From positions 24,366,001 to 24,430,000 of the forward strand of contig CM114271.1 of assembly GCA_050084515.1 (NCBI GenBank): DNA of 64,000 nucleotides, written 5' to 3'. Source of the DNA: Blasia pusilla. Taxonomy: Eukaryota. Position numbers and translations under genes: made by a program. Shown piece after piece: positions 28,673 to 42,900 of the stretch (positions are counted from its first letter, which is position 1; each line of letters begins with the position of its first letter). The notes under the pieces are model-generated. The model saw only the letters and a list, made by a program, of their open reading frames with translations. It had not been told where the DNA came from and ran no database searches.

Positions 28673-29540
28673 CACTCAAAGAAAATGGTGGTTTTTATAA
28701 CTAGGAGTAAAGTGATTGAGGTTCTTTATGACTTGAAGGTTGGACTATAATGTATCTTGATCATATGGAAGCCATGTCATACCGTATAATAGTCAATTTA
28801 TAGTTATATAAAAAATATGACTTAATCATTAAAATTTTGTGGGATATGGCCGGGTCATATTTGAAATAAGTTTGTAACTTTTAAGTCTTTTGTGTAGTTA
28901 TACTATAAATTCATATTGACTCACTTCTGTAAGAATTAAAAAATAAATTAACACCTCAAGCCATGAGCTAATATTAAATCAGGTACACCAACTTAGGTGG
29001 AAAAAAATGACGTGGCTCCCATATTTTTATTTAGCCTACTTAGGTGGTAGATGGCACACATCTCAATCACCAAAAGCTCATGGCGTGCGAGCAAAGAAGG
29101 GTTCGTTGATGAGGAGGGAATGAAAAGAGCTAGAATCCAATAAGGGAATATGAGTGAAAGGATGTGATACAAGGTTGAGGTGAGCTAGGATGGAAGAGGG
29201 TTGAGGGGAGTGAGAGGGATTGATACAAGGGTAAGGTGAATTGGGGTGGAAGAGGGTTGAGGGGAGTGAGGGAGGAAGCAAGTAGGGAAGGCTAGGTTGA
29301 GGGCTGAGCCAAGAGAGGGTCCAATAAATCTTGAGGAAGTTGCAATGAGAGAGACAGAGAGAGCATAGGTGAGAGAGGGCAAAGGAGAGCCAGGGTGGAC
29401 GGAGGAAGAGTGGACAAGGTTGAGCTTGAGAGGGCCAATGGATTTTTGAGAACAAATTTCAGCAAAAGAAGGTGATAGAGATTGCATAACAACCTAAAGC
29501 AACTCCATGACCTAGCCAACCTTATTTGACAACCTCCCGA

Positions 29541-29583
<43 letters not shown>

Positions 29584-32500
29584 AATAGTTGAGATATTGA
29601 TCGAGTGTCAACTTGCAAAACTAAGTCCATTGGCCCTCTTGCTACCCTCTTGCTCAAAATAATTCCTTGACCTTTTTTCACTCTTCTAATGCCTTTAAAA
29701 AAATAGTGATCTTGAATCAAAAGATGTAGAAGATCGATCGTTTCTTTGAATGGCCTCACAAATAATTTCTCTACTTTTTATCCTTACTAATGGACTTAGT
29801 TTTCCACAATATTGTTTGGCTAAGCTTAGGTCTTGACAATATGATGGTCCTGATAAGCAAGGTTAGATCACTACTCATGGGAATGGTGGGATTTGCATCT
29901 TAGTTCATATGCTGGAAGTGTCTTTAAAGGGTTTAGGGTTTAAATAAGTATCTTAATTCAAGAAATATTTTTGACAAGTAAATTTTTCTCTTTCCCATAA
30001 TGGCCTCACTTTTTGAAAAATTTTGTATGATTAATGTAGGGTTGGAAGTGGTACCAAGAGCCGTAGTGTCAGCTTAAAGGCAAAGGCTAAAATTATTTCC
30101 TCTGATATATAGGATGAACTTAAATGTAGTGAATCTTTGTCTTTGCTAGAGTGCCATCTCTTCGTGCACCGCATGTCTATTTGAGCTATGGATAGTTCCC
30201 CACCACACCATGCTTGTGTTTTTTGTCTATGTTCATGAGCTTTCTTGATTGACTTTAATTCTTTTGTCTCTATGCTTCATTTTTTGGGCAATTGGTGTGT
30301 GAATCAATGGGATGTAGTTTTTGTATGTATATATTAGTTATTAGTATTTTTTCAATGTAATATTGTAGTGTTGCCTTATGGAAGTCCCACACATTGTGTA
30401 TTAGGTAAATGTTTTTTTTGGTTAGCAAGCATAGAAAATTGTTGGTTTTTTTTACCTAGATTTGGACTTGATGCATGGTATGTTCATCTACATTTCCTCT
30501 GGCACTTTAGCAGTCGGGCTGGTCAATCCTCTTGCCTCTATATAAACAGAAGACATTGTGCTTAGACTAGTGATGATTGCCAAACTGTCACCATATCCAA
30601 AGAGTGGAAACCGTAGACAAGGGAGTAGTTGGGCCAAATACTTGTGGGCAATACCTATCGATAGGATGGTGAAGAAGTGAATCCCTACAAATCTCATGTA
30701 GAATGGTCGACACCACTACATTTCTTTTTCAAGCTCGTGTTGGGGCATAAAGTAGTAAGTTCTCTAGAGTGAACCCCTTAGTTTCATAAACCCTAAACCC
30801 TATTGAGACTTTTCATTCTTATAAATGCTGGTTGTACCCAAGTAAGCATGTTATCAATTTTAGCTAATGCTTCACCCTATGGACACCACTTTGCTTTAAA
30901 AGTCGGCACGTGAACTTCCTCATAAACTTTCTTGTCTATTCTAAACAAACCAAAGGGAAGTTGAGATCGTCTATTCACACTCAAAAAACCTTTTTTGATG
31001 GAAGGACAACTACTCCAAATTTTAAAAATTAATTTTCTCCTTCAACCACCCTCCCTCTTTAGTTCAAAGGTTTCCATTCTTTTACCCTTGTCTCCATCAA
31101 AACCCTCTTCATCTCTTAATTTTATGGCCTCTTCTGTGATACTTCTCTCTCAGTTTATATTGCCTCGCCTTGGCCGTTGCCATGGTGGCATGAAGTTGCT
31201 TATGGATAGGTCCAAGGCATGTAGGTTCTTTGTCACTCATCTATCTTCTGTTTGGTCTTGTTAACCTTGGCCCTAGAAAGGCACGTGCAACAAACTATCT
31301 TCAACCTATTTCTAAGGGAGAAACTTTATAAGATTACAATTTTTGTTATTTAAAATATCATAAGCATGTTTTCCATAATGCTATTGTCTCCCTTTTCTCT
31401 ATAAGAATGTTTGTAAGCCATTTGGTTAATTTGAATGTATACGATTGTTGTAAGGGTCTAATTCAATGTGCGATTTTCTAACACATATCATTCAATTTGG
31501 TAAATAGAGCACGCTACACAATGGGAATTGAACATGTACATTGGGTATCCACTTTATCACATGGAAAAAAGGGTATTCTATAGTGGGATTTTGGTTTTAT
31601 GTCTAAGGGTAAGTCCAAATTTTCATAGACAGGTGGTCGTGCACGAGGGAGGAATGCCTTATGCAAAGGAGCATGAACATGATCTATCTATTCAACTCCA
31701 CGATAACTTACCATGTAGACCTAGAGTGTAGTCTTTGGTTCAACAAATTGAAATTCTACTCATTAAACTTCAAGTGATCATATGTCATTCTCGTCACCAT
31801 TGGTATTGGTATTGGCATGAACATGTTGAGAACTAGCGCTTTCATACAAAAACTCACAATGAAGATAAATCTAGTTTTTTTAGTAAACTTTTAGGGTGCA
31901 TTAGGTTCATGGCAATATTTCTACATATCTTAAATATTTATAGATTTAGTGTTATAAATGGAGGAATATTTGTACTAGGTGGGATCTTTGAAGCTATCAA
32001 GATTTCTACCTCTCGAAGATTAGACCTTCAACAAGGTAAAATCTCGTTTTGTATTCTATATTATAAGTCATTTTTCGGACTTATCGTGATTAGTGACTCA
32101 CTCGTCTATCTTGTGTTTGTAGCTCCGAGTGGGAGATGAATTCACCTAAAAAAACCCAAAATTAGTAGGAAAATATTGGGAAGTGCTGTGGTTGGGGGTT
32201 TAAGTGGACGAGACAAGTTTCACAAGAGTGAAATTCCTCCAGGACTTATGTGAGTGGAACTTAAGATTATACATATTGTTGTCTTGGATCATAACTATTA
32301 ACTTGTGGTTTCCAAATGAGCATGAATTTCCATCCCAATACACCTTGGCTAATTCTCTTGGGAGTTCCATGCTTTGGCTTGAATTGATGATCGGTTTAGT
32401 AACATTTTTTGATATTTTGTTTCATATGCAATTTGGACAGGGTAGGAATAGTATGTATTCAACTAGATGGAGCAATCTTCACGATATGCGATGGGCCAAT

Positions 32501-33550
32501 TTGTAATTTTTTTTAGCAACACATACGTCCCCATTATTTGTATCTTTTTGTGTTTCTTACATCTTCCCAATATTTTAAATTCTATCTGATCCCTCCTCAC
32601 GTTGTCAATCTTACACTTGTTAGTGGGAGCAAAAACAAAATACTGCATAGAAGGTATTATCTAGTGGGTTTTCATTCTTAGCTTTCCTGATTCAATGATT
32701 TAGATATGGATTTAGTACAAGGAGCATGATTTCCTTCTTAAAGCAGAGACATTTCTTGCATTTAAATTGTATTAAATGCCACTCACTATAAACTACTCGG
32801 AATGTCACCTAATTTTGGTCATATTAATTGGCATGAAGTAATTAAAAATTATCATATGTGATACTTGAGTCATAAAGATAAAATAAAGTCACATACGGAG
32901 CACATGGAGTTTAGTTTAAAAAACACAATAACATTAGAGAGTCACATAAATCCAACTTGGGTCATTTTAGACAAATCAAATTGATCAATCTGACTTAATC
33001 ATATTTCATGACTCATGCACACTCAATCATTTAGACAAATAAAAAATATCAATGTCCCAATTCGATTCAGTCATATTTTATGATTCCGTCATCTATAGTA
33101 ATTTAGACAAATCGTAGTGATTACCATGTCTGGGTCATATTTTATGACTCGGTCATGTACAATCATTTAAACATATCAAAGTGATCTAAATGACGAAGTC
33201 ATACATAATGACTTAGTCATTTAGACCAATCTGAGAGATGAATATGACTCAATCATAAATTTTTTTTGCCATGTGTAAACACGTAACTTGTTTAATTCAT
33301 GTAACTGTAATTTTATAAGCTTACATGGAAATCATAATATAGAACTAGATTCTTGGATTCGTGACTTGTTGATATGTTACTCATTGTAAATAATGGCTAG
33401 GGTTATCCCAAAATGACTCTAGTTATGGCTTGGTACATAACTAGGACTTTATGACTCCATAAGTCACTAGTCATTGTCAATCATTTATGAATATACATGA
33501 CTTGCGTAAGTCCTATGGGCAAGTTATAAAAACCATGATTTTTCCTAGTG
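28673..33550. mobile_element. Non-autonomous CACTA DNA transposon
   Basis: Left CACTCAAAGAAAATGGTGGTTTTTATAACT versus right (reverse complement) CACTAGGAAAAATCATGGTTTTTATAACT. 3-bp TSD ATA on both sides. ATGACT/AGTCAT subterminal arrays at 28730-28920 and 32820-33510. No intact ORF. Confidence 0.8.
29546..29581. repeat. (CT)n microsatellite
   Basis: About 18 units seen directly. Confidence 0.95.
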
Positions 33551-35281
33551 ATATAAGATGGATTTGAGATGAATGGGATGACGTTTGAAAGCTTGTGAGA
33601 AAATAGTTCCAATGTATTGAAGATTTAGAAAAATCTAGAGCAAGATTCCAAAAATAATTATAGAACTATTGAGATGATAGTTGGGTTGAGGGCCACAACG
33701 AGAGGTCCAAAAATATTTCCCTAGATAAAGGGAAGGGGTGGATTTCTCCACAACTATATGTAAAAGAGAGGGTGTCCAAGGATGTTTGGAATGCAAATCG
33801 CTTGGGAATGAGCCAAGGGCACGAAAAATGGATTTAGAGTTTGGTTTTGGAGTTTTGACACCATGCCACGTCTTTGTAGTCGGATGATGGATGTCAATCT
33901 TGGACCTTGATCCATGACCTAGATATTGTGTTCTAGTTAGAGACTCGTTCAAGGTCCATGAGGAAATTGGGATCACCGGGCATGCTAGCTTTATACTTAG
34001 TCCTTAGATTATCAAATCTATCCCAAGTTTTGAATGACTTGCTTGTGTTGGGGAGTGAGGGGTTAGATTGATATCTCACTTATCTAGAGTTGGTGAGATT
34101 GAGGGATGATCCAAAACCTAGACTTGGGAGATGCAAGTTTGGTTGACCCAAACTGTAGCTAATTGAGTGTTTGGATGCAGATCAATAAGGAGAGCACAAT
34201 CTATTGAACGTAATATTTCTCAATCCACAAAACGCCGCGAATAGCTAAGTCTCTAACCCATACACAAGTGGGGGATACAGGAAGCGAGTCATGATTGTGG
34301 ATTCAAGGAGGAAAGATCTACCAAAGTTGTAACCTAGACTAGTTAGTCGTGAGACTAGGAAGGGCGGCAAAACCAATTGTGGGACTAACGCCAGGCAAGA
34401 TATGCAAGTCTTGTGACTAGCTTTAGGTGAGAAATGGACGTAGCTATTCCCAAGGACAAAGCTAAGGAAAGCAAGGTTTGAGACCTTAGAGCCAAATGTC
34501 ATGTCAGGGGCGAGAAAGCAAAGAATACATGAGTAGTTAAGATGGGCGAGACGCCATGTGACTGGTCACAAAACGCAAAGGGCGGAAAGACAACCATGAG
34601 ACCCCAAACAGGGAGTCAAGAGGGACGCTAACCAAGATACTTATGAAATACGGGTTCAACATCCAAGATGCATTTGGAGAGCCGAGATTTTCATAAGTTG
34701 TAAGATGCCTCCTCCAAGCCATCTTGATGAATAATTAGTCCAACGTTGGTTTGCGGACCACGAACGACGTTTGGATTGAGAGCCAAATTCAAGGGCCCAA
34801 GCTCGAGTGGGACATTGGGGAAGGTGGGTTTACCCTGAGAACCCGTGAAGTACCTATAGGGGAGGAAATTATACCTCTCTACTTGCTCAAGCCCTTAAGC
34901 CAAGAATTAATCGTAATGATTGTTTGGTTGTGTTTCAAGTTTCAGATAAGAGACGCACCTTGAGGAATTAACTAACGCGCTCTAGTTTATGGAAGATTGA
35001 GTTACAGTCAACCTCATGAGACACCTGAATTACTATATTTGGTACTCACACAAACTAGGGAAGCTTAATTTTGGTTAGTCAATTAAGCACGATTATCTTA
35101 ACTAGGATTAGTTAATCACAGTTGGTCTAACTCGAGATTATGGTTAAGGTTAGGGTTAGGGTTGCTTGTACATACCCTATATAATTAAGAAGAGGACCAA
35201 CCTCCACTCATTCTCTCATTGCAAATTTCGTTCTCCATCAAGGGTTTTCCACCAGTTATGATCGTTTAGCAGTTTTCCACA

Positions 35282-35293
35282 TGGTATCAAAGC
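35282..35293 (+). promoter_or_regulatory. Primer-binding site (initiator tRNA-Met type)
   Basis: TGGTATCAAAGC directly after the 5' LTR. The canonical form is TGGTATCAGAGC. Confidence 0.9.
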
Positions 35294-35797
35294 GGGAGGA
35301 GAATATCACTTGAAATTCTTGGAATTTGAAGAGAGAAGAGAGGTAAGAGAAGGAACAATTTCAGTTTGGGAGAAGGAAATTTTACTCAAAGCTCAGTGGG
35401 TGCAGATTTCGAGTGGAGCTTTGACGATGATAAAACTTTGGAGGTATTTTTTAGGGCTTTTCCGGTTGATTCAACCGTCTGGATCCGTTTCGGCTAGATT
35501 AACGCCTAAGGCTACTTCTAGCCTTCTTGTAGAGCTCGTCAAGAGATTTCCAACATATCTAAAATCGCTCGATTCTGACACTCTAAGCTCCTGCAGTAGC
35601 AATTTCACTGTAGGAAAGTACAATTAGTGAAGAAAAGGTGTGCAGTTTGCTCTCTAGAGGCCAAGTTCGACTAGTTCTTTCATACACTTCATCAATTTTG
35701 GCAAATTTTGGGTCGATTTCTGTGTAGGAGTGGTCTATGCTTCACTTAGAGCAGTAGAAAGCCTGAAATTACATTTTTGTGAGTGAAATCGTTTATC

Positions 35798-38700
35798 ATG
35801 GAGTATTCCTCAACAACAATCACATGCGAGAAGCTAGACAAGCATAATTACAATGTCTGGAAGTTTCGCATGATACAATTTCTCATGGGTCAAGAGCTAT
35901 GGGAGCTTGTCACAAGTGATGAGGCCAAGCCAGAAGGTGACTCAACATACTTGAATGTTCGCGCTTGGAACAAACGCGCAAGGCAAGTAATCCACTACAT
36001 TTCAATAACGATCAATTCGCCAATGATAGGTCACGTCCAAGATGTTGATACTCCGAAGGAGACTTGGGATGCATTGGAAAAGTTGTTCCAGACATCTACA
36101 AAGGCCAGAAAGCTTCAATTGAAACAAAAATTGAACGAAGTGAGGAAAGGATCGCAGAGCATCAATGATTATATTTTAATTATCAGACGTATTGTTGATC
36201 AGTTGAATAACATTGGAGTGACAATAGAAGATGATGATCTGATTTTATTCACTCTTCAAGGCCTTCCAAAGGATTACAAGTCCTTTGAGACCTCTTTCTC
36301 TGTGAGAGAGAAGTATCCAACCTTTTAAGAGTTAGTCCCTCTGATAATCAGTCAAGAGATGCGTCTAGTAGGCAGCGGTAGCTAGTCTAGTCTGCAAGAG
36401 AGTGGGCTATTTGCACGTTATGGATCAAAAAGAGACAAGGGTCATGGCAAAAACTTCCGTGGTCGTGGTGGATATCAAGCATATGGAGGAAGAGACACTT
36501 AATATAACGTCACTCAATCAACTACGAACCAGTACCAGACATGATCACAAGGTGATGATAATGGAAACCATTGCGTTCGAGGTCAACAGTAGAGGGTCCT
36601 TGGATCTTGCAATTACTGTGGGATAAAGGGTCACTATGCAAAGTTTTGCTTCAAGAAGAAGACATATATGAGAACATAAGCCTTACAACAAAAAAACTAT
36701 GTGGAACAACAATACCAAGAGCAGTACCAAGAACAAAAACATTCACAAACATATCATATCTTGGTCATGACTCATTATATGGGAGCCATGGTCAAGAAAG
36801 ACTCGACAGCAGATTGATACATTGACTCTAGAGCATCAAATCACATAACCTCACAAGCTAAATGGTTAAATAGTTTGCAGTCGGTGAAAGATCTTGCAAT
36901 TATGCTCATAGGAAATGACACTCAACATCATATCACTCATACCAGTAAAGTTCCAATAGCATCAAATAGTCTTCGTGCTTTTGGAAATATTCTTTATGTT
37001 CCTACCATTGCAAAAAACCTAATCTGTGTAGGACAGATAGTAGAACAGGATTATCAAGTGAAGTTTAACGTAGATGGTTGTTTCATTGAAATAATGGAGG
37101 ACCAGATTACGATAGCCACAGGAACTAGATCTGGCAGAATGTTCAAATTAGATGTTTCTATGCCAGAGATTCAAACATAAATGTATGGTCAAACCGGCCA
37201 ACAAGTCACAAATCTAAATATGTGGCATAAAAGAATTGGACATATGAATCTTCAAAGATTACAGAATCTTTCATCATCTAATATAGTAATAGGACTTCCT
37301 AAATTAGCAAGTCTCGCTATGTTAGAGGTATGTCCTGCTTGCCAATTTGGAAAACAAGCTAGATTTCCTTTTCCACAGCAAAGTAGAAGAGCATCCAGGA
37401 TATTGGAGTTGATGCACAGTTATGTGTGGACAACATCACAACATAACCTTAGTGGTTTCCAATACTTTGTTTCATTTATTGATGACTTCTCTAGATATAT
37501 ATGGGTATACTCTCTGAAAGCCAAGTAAGAGGTATTCTCAGTGTTCCAAATATTTAGAGTTCTAGTAGAGAAACAGATTGGAGAACACATTTTGAAATTG
37601 CGTTATCATGGAGGAGGAGAGTATCTTTCAACAGAGTTTGATGACTATTTACATCAAAATGACATCCAACGTCAAGTGACTTGTTGTTACAATCCACAAC
37701 AAAATGGAGTGGCTGAGAGGAATAATTGACATATTGCTGAAGCGGCACGAGCTATGCTGATTGAGAAGAACATGCCTAAGGTGTATTGAGCAGAGGATAT
37801 AGCATGTGCACACTTATTAATCAACCCAACTCCAACAACAAGAGTTCATGATAAAACTTCATTCGAAGTCTTCACAGGAAGTATTTGGCTGTATTTGTTA
37901 TGCTCATGTTCCTTCTGAGAGACGTCAGAAATTAGATCCCAAGTCTGAAAGATGTATCTGCATTGGCTATGCTCATGGAACTAAGGGATATAAGTGCTAC
38001 ATTCCATCCTCTAGGCAGCTTATTATTAGTCGGGATGTTGTCTTTGATGAGCTAAAGTCATGGTATGCTCCAACTGAGCCTATTCCACCTCTAAACTCAT
38101 TTGTTGAGGGGGAGAATATGATTGTAAACCAACAGACATTATCTTCAACTTCCCCAAGTACTAGTGCAGGATGAGGAGATGTCCTAAATTCATCAGTTAA
38201 ATCTGTGAGTCCCTCGATGGGAAGAGTACGTAATCAATATGTTGACACTAGTCAGAGCTCGGATCAAGTGTCAAAGGCATCTACCTTTGAACAATAACTT
38301 CGTAGATCAAGTAGAGTTATACATCCAATTCATAGATTCATAAATGAAGGTTTCCTTGCGACACATCATGCATATATGATGACTACCCTTCAAGAACAGG
38401 AGCCGAGTTGTTTTAAAGAAGCTGCAAGTAAAGTCGAATGGATTGAAGCTATGGAGGAAGAGCTTGTTGCATTAAGACATCAACAGACATGGGAGCCGGT
38501 TGATATACCTTTCGGTAAGGAAGCTATTAGTTATAAATGGGTTTATTAAATCAAGCGTAATCAAGATGGTACAATTAACAAATACAAAGCGAGGTTGGTG
38601 GCTAAGGGCTATCCACAACAATATGGCATCGATTACGAGGAAAAATTTTAGCCCTGTTGCAAAGATGGCAACTACGAGAAAAGTGGTTGCAATTGCAGTA

Positions 38701-39957
38701 AGTAAGAAGCGGAGATTCTATCACATAGACGTCAAGAATATCTTCTTCAATGGAGATCTATACGAGGAGATGTATATTACTCAACCACCTGGATACGAGC
38801 ATACCAAGTTTCCATTTTGCATATGCAAGTCGAAGAAATATCTATACGGGCTCAAACAAGCTCCAAAAACTTGGTATGGCAAGATTACATATCTCATACA
38901 AGAATTGGGTTTTAGGGTATGTGATTCTGACTCCTCGTTATATGTCTTGAGAGGACAAGATCATACGATTCTCACTGTGTTGTATGTTCACAATCTCTTG
39001 ATTACTTGGAGTACTAAAGAAATTGTATAACAAGTCAAGCTTAAGTTACAAGCAGAATTTGATATGAAGGACTTGGGAGAACTCAAGTACTTCCTTGGTA
39101 TTGAGTTTATCAAGGTTGGAGAGAGCATGTGGTTACTACAACGACAATATGCTCTTCCTATGATTTCAAAATATGGTATGACGGCTTGTAAGCCAATCTC
39201 TACACCTTTGGACGAGAGTGTGAAGCTAAGAGTGGATGAAGGAGAATTGCTTGCAGATTCTTATATGTACACGCACATGGTTGGAAGTTTGATCTATCTA
39301 AGTATAACCATACCAGCTTTGAGTTATGTTGTTGGCCTAGTGAGCCAATTTATGCAAGCACCTCAAAAACCTCACCTTGATGCTGTAAGGAGGATTATGC
39401 GGTATGTGAAATTCTCTATTCAATTCGGGCTTCAATTCGAACCTTCTACGAGTCTTCAATTACAGGGATTCACATATGCTGATTGGATAGAAAGCGTGTT
39501 TGATCGACATTCCACATCCGGTTATTCATTTACCTTGGGAAGCGTAGCTATAAGTTGGGCTTCAAAGAAGCAACCTACAGTTGCTTTATCTTCATTAGAG
39601 GCTGAGTATAGAGGAGCAACCAATGCAACATGTGAGGCAGTGTGGCTTTATCAATTACTTGTTGAGATTGGTGTTGGTAACTTAGGACCTAGTGTAATAT
39701 ATGCAGACAATATTAGTAGCATCAAACTTGCTAATAATCCTCTGTTTCATGCTCGTACAAAGTATGTTGAGGTGCACTATCATTTTATCAGAGAGAAAGT
39801 GCTTGCAGGAGAAATTGATCTTGTGTATATAGGTATAGATCAGCAAATTGCTCACATCTTTACAAAGGCATTGTCTAGAGATAAGTTTGAGATGTTTAGA
39901 AATGATTTAGGCATTAGAGATATCGATATGAGTTTGAGGGATAATATTGAAGATTGA
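35798..39957 (+). pseudogene. gag-pol: Copia gag-pol, disrupted by stops and frameshifts
   Basis: Gag (KLDKHNYNVWKFRM). Zn knuckle CNYCGIKGHYAKFC at ~36608. PR IDSRASNHIT at ~36821. INT (WHKRIGH...CPACQFGK, FIDDFSR, PQQNGVAER). RT ([22 protein letters not shown]). RNaseH (STSGY...FHARTKYVEVHYHFIRE). Confidence 0.93.
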
Positions 39958-42900
39958 GTTACAGTCAATCTCATGAGACACATGAATTGCTATATTTGGT
40001 ACTCATACGAAGTAGGGAAGCTTAATCTTGGTTAGTCAGTTACGCACGATTATCTTAACTAGGGTTAGTTAATCATATTTAGTCTAACTCGAGACTATGG
40101 TTAAGCTTAGGGTTAGGGTTACTTGTACATACCCTATATAATTGAGAAGGGGACCAGCCTCCACTGATTCTCTCCTTGCAAATTTTGTTCTCCATGGTGG
40201 TGTGTGAGTGTGAGAGCCGTTTCCCACCAATTATGTTTGTTTAGTAGTTTTCTACATGGTTTAGGTGAGAAACTTGGGAAGAATGGTCAACTCTTAGGGA
40301 AGAGGCTTATTAGGGAGATGCTATGCATTTGAGAAGACTCAACCTTATTAGTGCTTGACGGCGTCTCGGCTACCTATGGAATGTGCAACCGGTTGAGTCT
40401 TTGGGACTCGAACTAAGTCTTCCCCTTGCAAAGTTCAAGGTCAAGGGAGCTTCAAGGTGAAGCTAGGGAAAGTGGAGGAAGGAATCTACAATGCAAGGCT
40501 AGTGTTCAAGGGAGTGTATGCATGAAAACTAAATTTAGAGTAGATTTTGGAGCAATAAAATACTTTTTGAGGTGGGATTTGGCTCTTTCCAATCATTCAT
40601 TAAGGAAGACTTTGTTTTCTTTTTTTTTCTCAATTATTTCTTTTTGTTTAGAACTTCTTCTTAAGGGAAAACAAATAGAATACTCTAGACCTTACTCATC
40701 TAAATGTTATTCAATAGAGAAACAGTGTTCATACCCCGAAATTATACAGACTTTGCTCCACTACAAAGATAAACTAGTTGCAAAGTGAGGAGAAGACTCT
40801 TGGAAAGTTGGGAGGAAAAGTGAAAAGAGCGGTGTGGAGATGAGAGGGGAATTTATGGTTGATCGAGGTTCCATTTTATGCAAGTCTTATACAAGTGCCT
40901 TGCGAGTGACTTTGAGTATACTTAAACTTATGAGTTGTATGAGTTTTCTGAGTCTGTTGTGTCTCTTAGCAGTTGGAAGTTACAATACACATGACTCGCA
41001 CTTTGCAAGTAATTTATAAGGCACAATTACAAATCTCAATGTGAGTCTCTTGCATCTAGCGGAGCTTGCAAATATGTAGGATCCACAACTTATTTGCAAC
41101 TGACTAGAAACGTTCAGAATAATTGCAAAATAGATTTGACTTGTATTGGACACGAAAATGTCTCAAAGATTGGCAAAGTTGTTATGCATGTATTACGGTA
41201 CTAGAAGAGGTTGTTGAGAATGGGTATCATCTTTGATAGTTCCGCCCATGATTTTACTCCTCTAGCCTATGCACATGCCAATTTCGCTCCTTCTAAAGAT
41301 TATGGACAATATATTCGAGGATTTGCTCGTATCATGGTAGGAGGTGCAATACATTGGGCCTCAAGGAAGTTCATAGTCAATCCATAATCTGCTATACAGT
41401 CTACTATAAAAGTTGAATATACAACTCTTAGTGAGGCTACCAAAGAAATACTTTGGATTCAATAATTACTTGAGGAGATTAGTTTTCTGCAACAATATTT
41501 GAAAATAATTTATGAAGACAATCAAGTTGCTATTCAACTACCAAATAATTTGTACTCCAATTCCAAGATCCAAAATTTAAAACTTAAATTTTCTTCATAT
41601 CAAAACACATTGAACAAAAAAATACTCATCTTTAAGAATGTAGATCGTCAATTTAGGCCATTTATTTTTTAAGTTGAAGTCTTTCTAAAGCTCAATATTA
41701 TTCTTTAATCCAAATATTAGGATGCAGGAAAAGCAATTGAGTGGGAGATAGGACACTTTCCTAGTAGAAATCAGGAAGTTTTTTTCTCATTTTTCCAAGT
41801 ATATTATTATAGTGTCATGGGAAAGTTAGATAAACCTATTGTAGATAAAGGTTTCAAGATTGACTAAATGTTGGTTTAGCAACTATCTAATGTTGCTACT
41901 CTTAGTGGTTCTCTATCTAGCCACTAGGTTGAAGTGGGGTAGTATATTTTCAAGAAAGGTTTTAGGCTCAACTAAATGTTTTGTTAAGGAACTATCTAAC
42001 ATTGCTACACTTAGTGGATCTCTATCTAGACACTTGGCCATAAAATAGCGTTGTAAAATCAAAAGATTAGCTTTTCTCTAGCCACCATCCAAACTAGTAT
42101 ACAATATGGGGCTTAGATAAGTATACTCTACAAACTTATTGATTTCTCAAACATTAACATACTACGTGTAGAGAGGGCATTACTATTCCCAACAAGATTT
42201 TCTCCTTTGGAGAAACAAAAAAATCATCCGAATAAGACAATCCAAATATATGACATATGTTGGTGATATCGGATGTCATTTATTTCTCCAAATGAGAGAA
42301 TGAAAAAATAAAAATAAGAAAAATAAAAAGAAGCAACGACAAGGAAGAATATTCAAATCTATAATTTTCTCATAGAGGACATGGATTGCTCAATTGGCTA
42401 TTTAGATTTAGGCAAGCATCATTGAGAGGTTTGATTTTTTTTTCTTAATGTGCCCATGTGTGTTCAAGGAATGGTTTTCTTTTGCTTTTGTACCCTTAAA
42501 ATGTAGACATAAGTCATGTATGGTTTATAACATGCTCAAGCCAATGGACTTTTTTAGGCTCCCTCAAACCATGGGAGACATTAGTTTTAGACAACCCTTG
42601 TCGATAGTCATATTTATGTAAGTGTTGTTGGTATCATTTTTTCAAAATTTGAAACTAGATGTAGGAAGTTTCCCCCTTTCCTTCTCCCTTTAACTAGTCA
42701 TGGCCTTAGGAATTCATAAACTCTTAAAATCCCTGTACGTACTTTGGTTGGATGGATTCTCCGATCCACTTGTATTCCAACTAATAAGCTGCCCATGCAA
42801 CTGGGACTCGTGTCCGAGTCCACTGCCTTAGGATTCAGTCAAGGATGTGAAGACCCTACACTCATATGGATGCAAGTTTGCATCGCCATGAGGAAGAGGT

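Larger units (their letters stand above)
34988..40256 (+). mobile_element. Full-length decayed Ty1/copia LTR retrotransposon (~5.27 kb)
   Basis: 5' LTR 34988-35281 and 3' LTR 39945-40256. PBS TGGTATCAAAGC. PPT-like GAGGGATAA before the 3' LTR. TSD TAGTT/TGGTT (4/5). Domain order gag-PR-INT-RT-RH. Confidence 0.95.
24430..42160 (+). mobile_element. Very old copia element hosting nested insertions (5' part ~24430-26550, 3' part ~41300-42160)
   Basis: LTR-like similarity between ~24440-24600 and ~41880-42130. Decayed INT at 25623-26280 (LDLIHSDLEEPM). RNaseH-like remnant at ~41330-41620. PPT-like TTGAGTGGGAGA at ~41737. That both halves are one element is inference. Confidence 0.5.

Noticed and set aside
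27648-33550. Alternative CACTA left end CACTAGGA at 27648
   Set aside because: Flank AAT does not match ATA. The end at 28673 gives a longer TIR match and a TSD.
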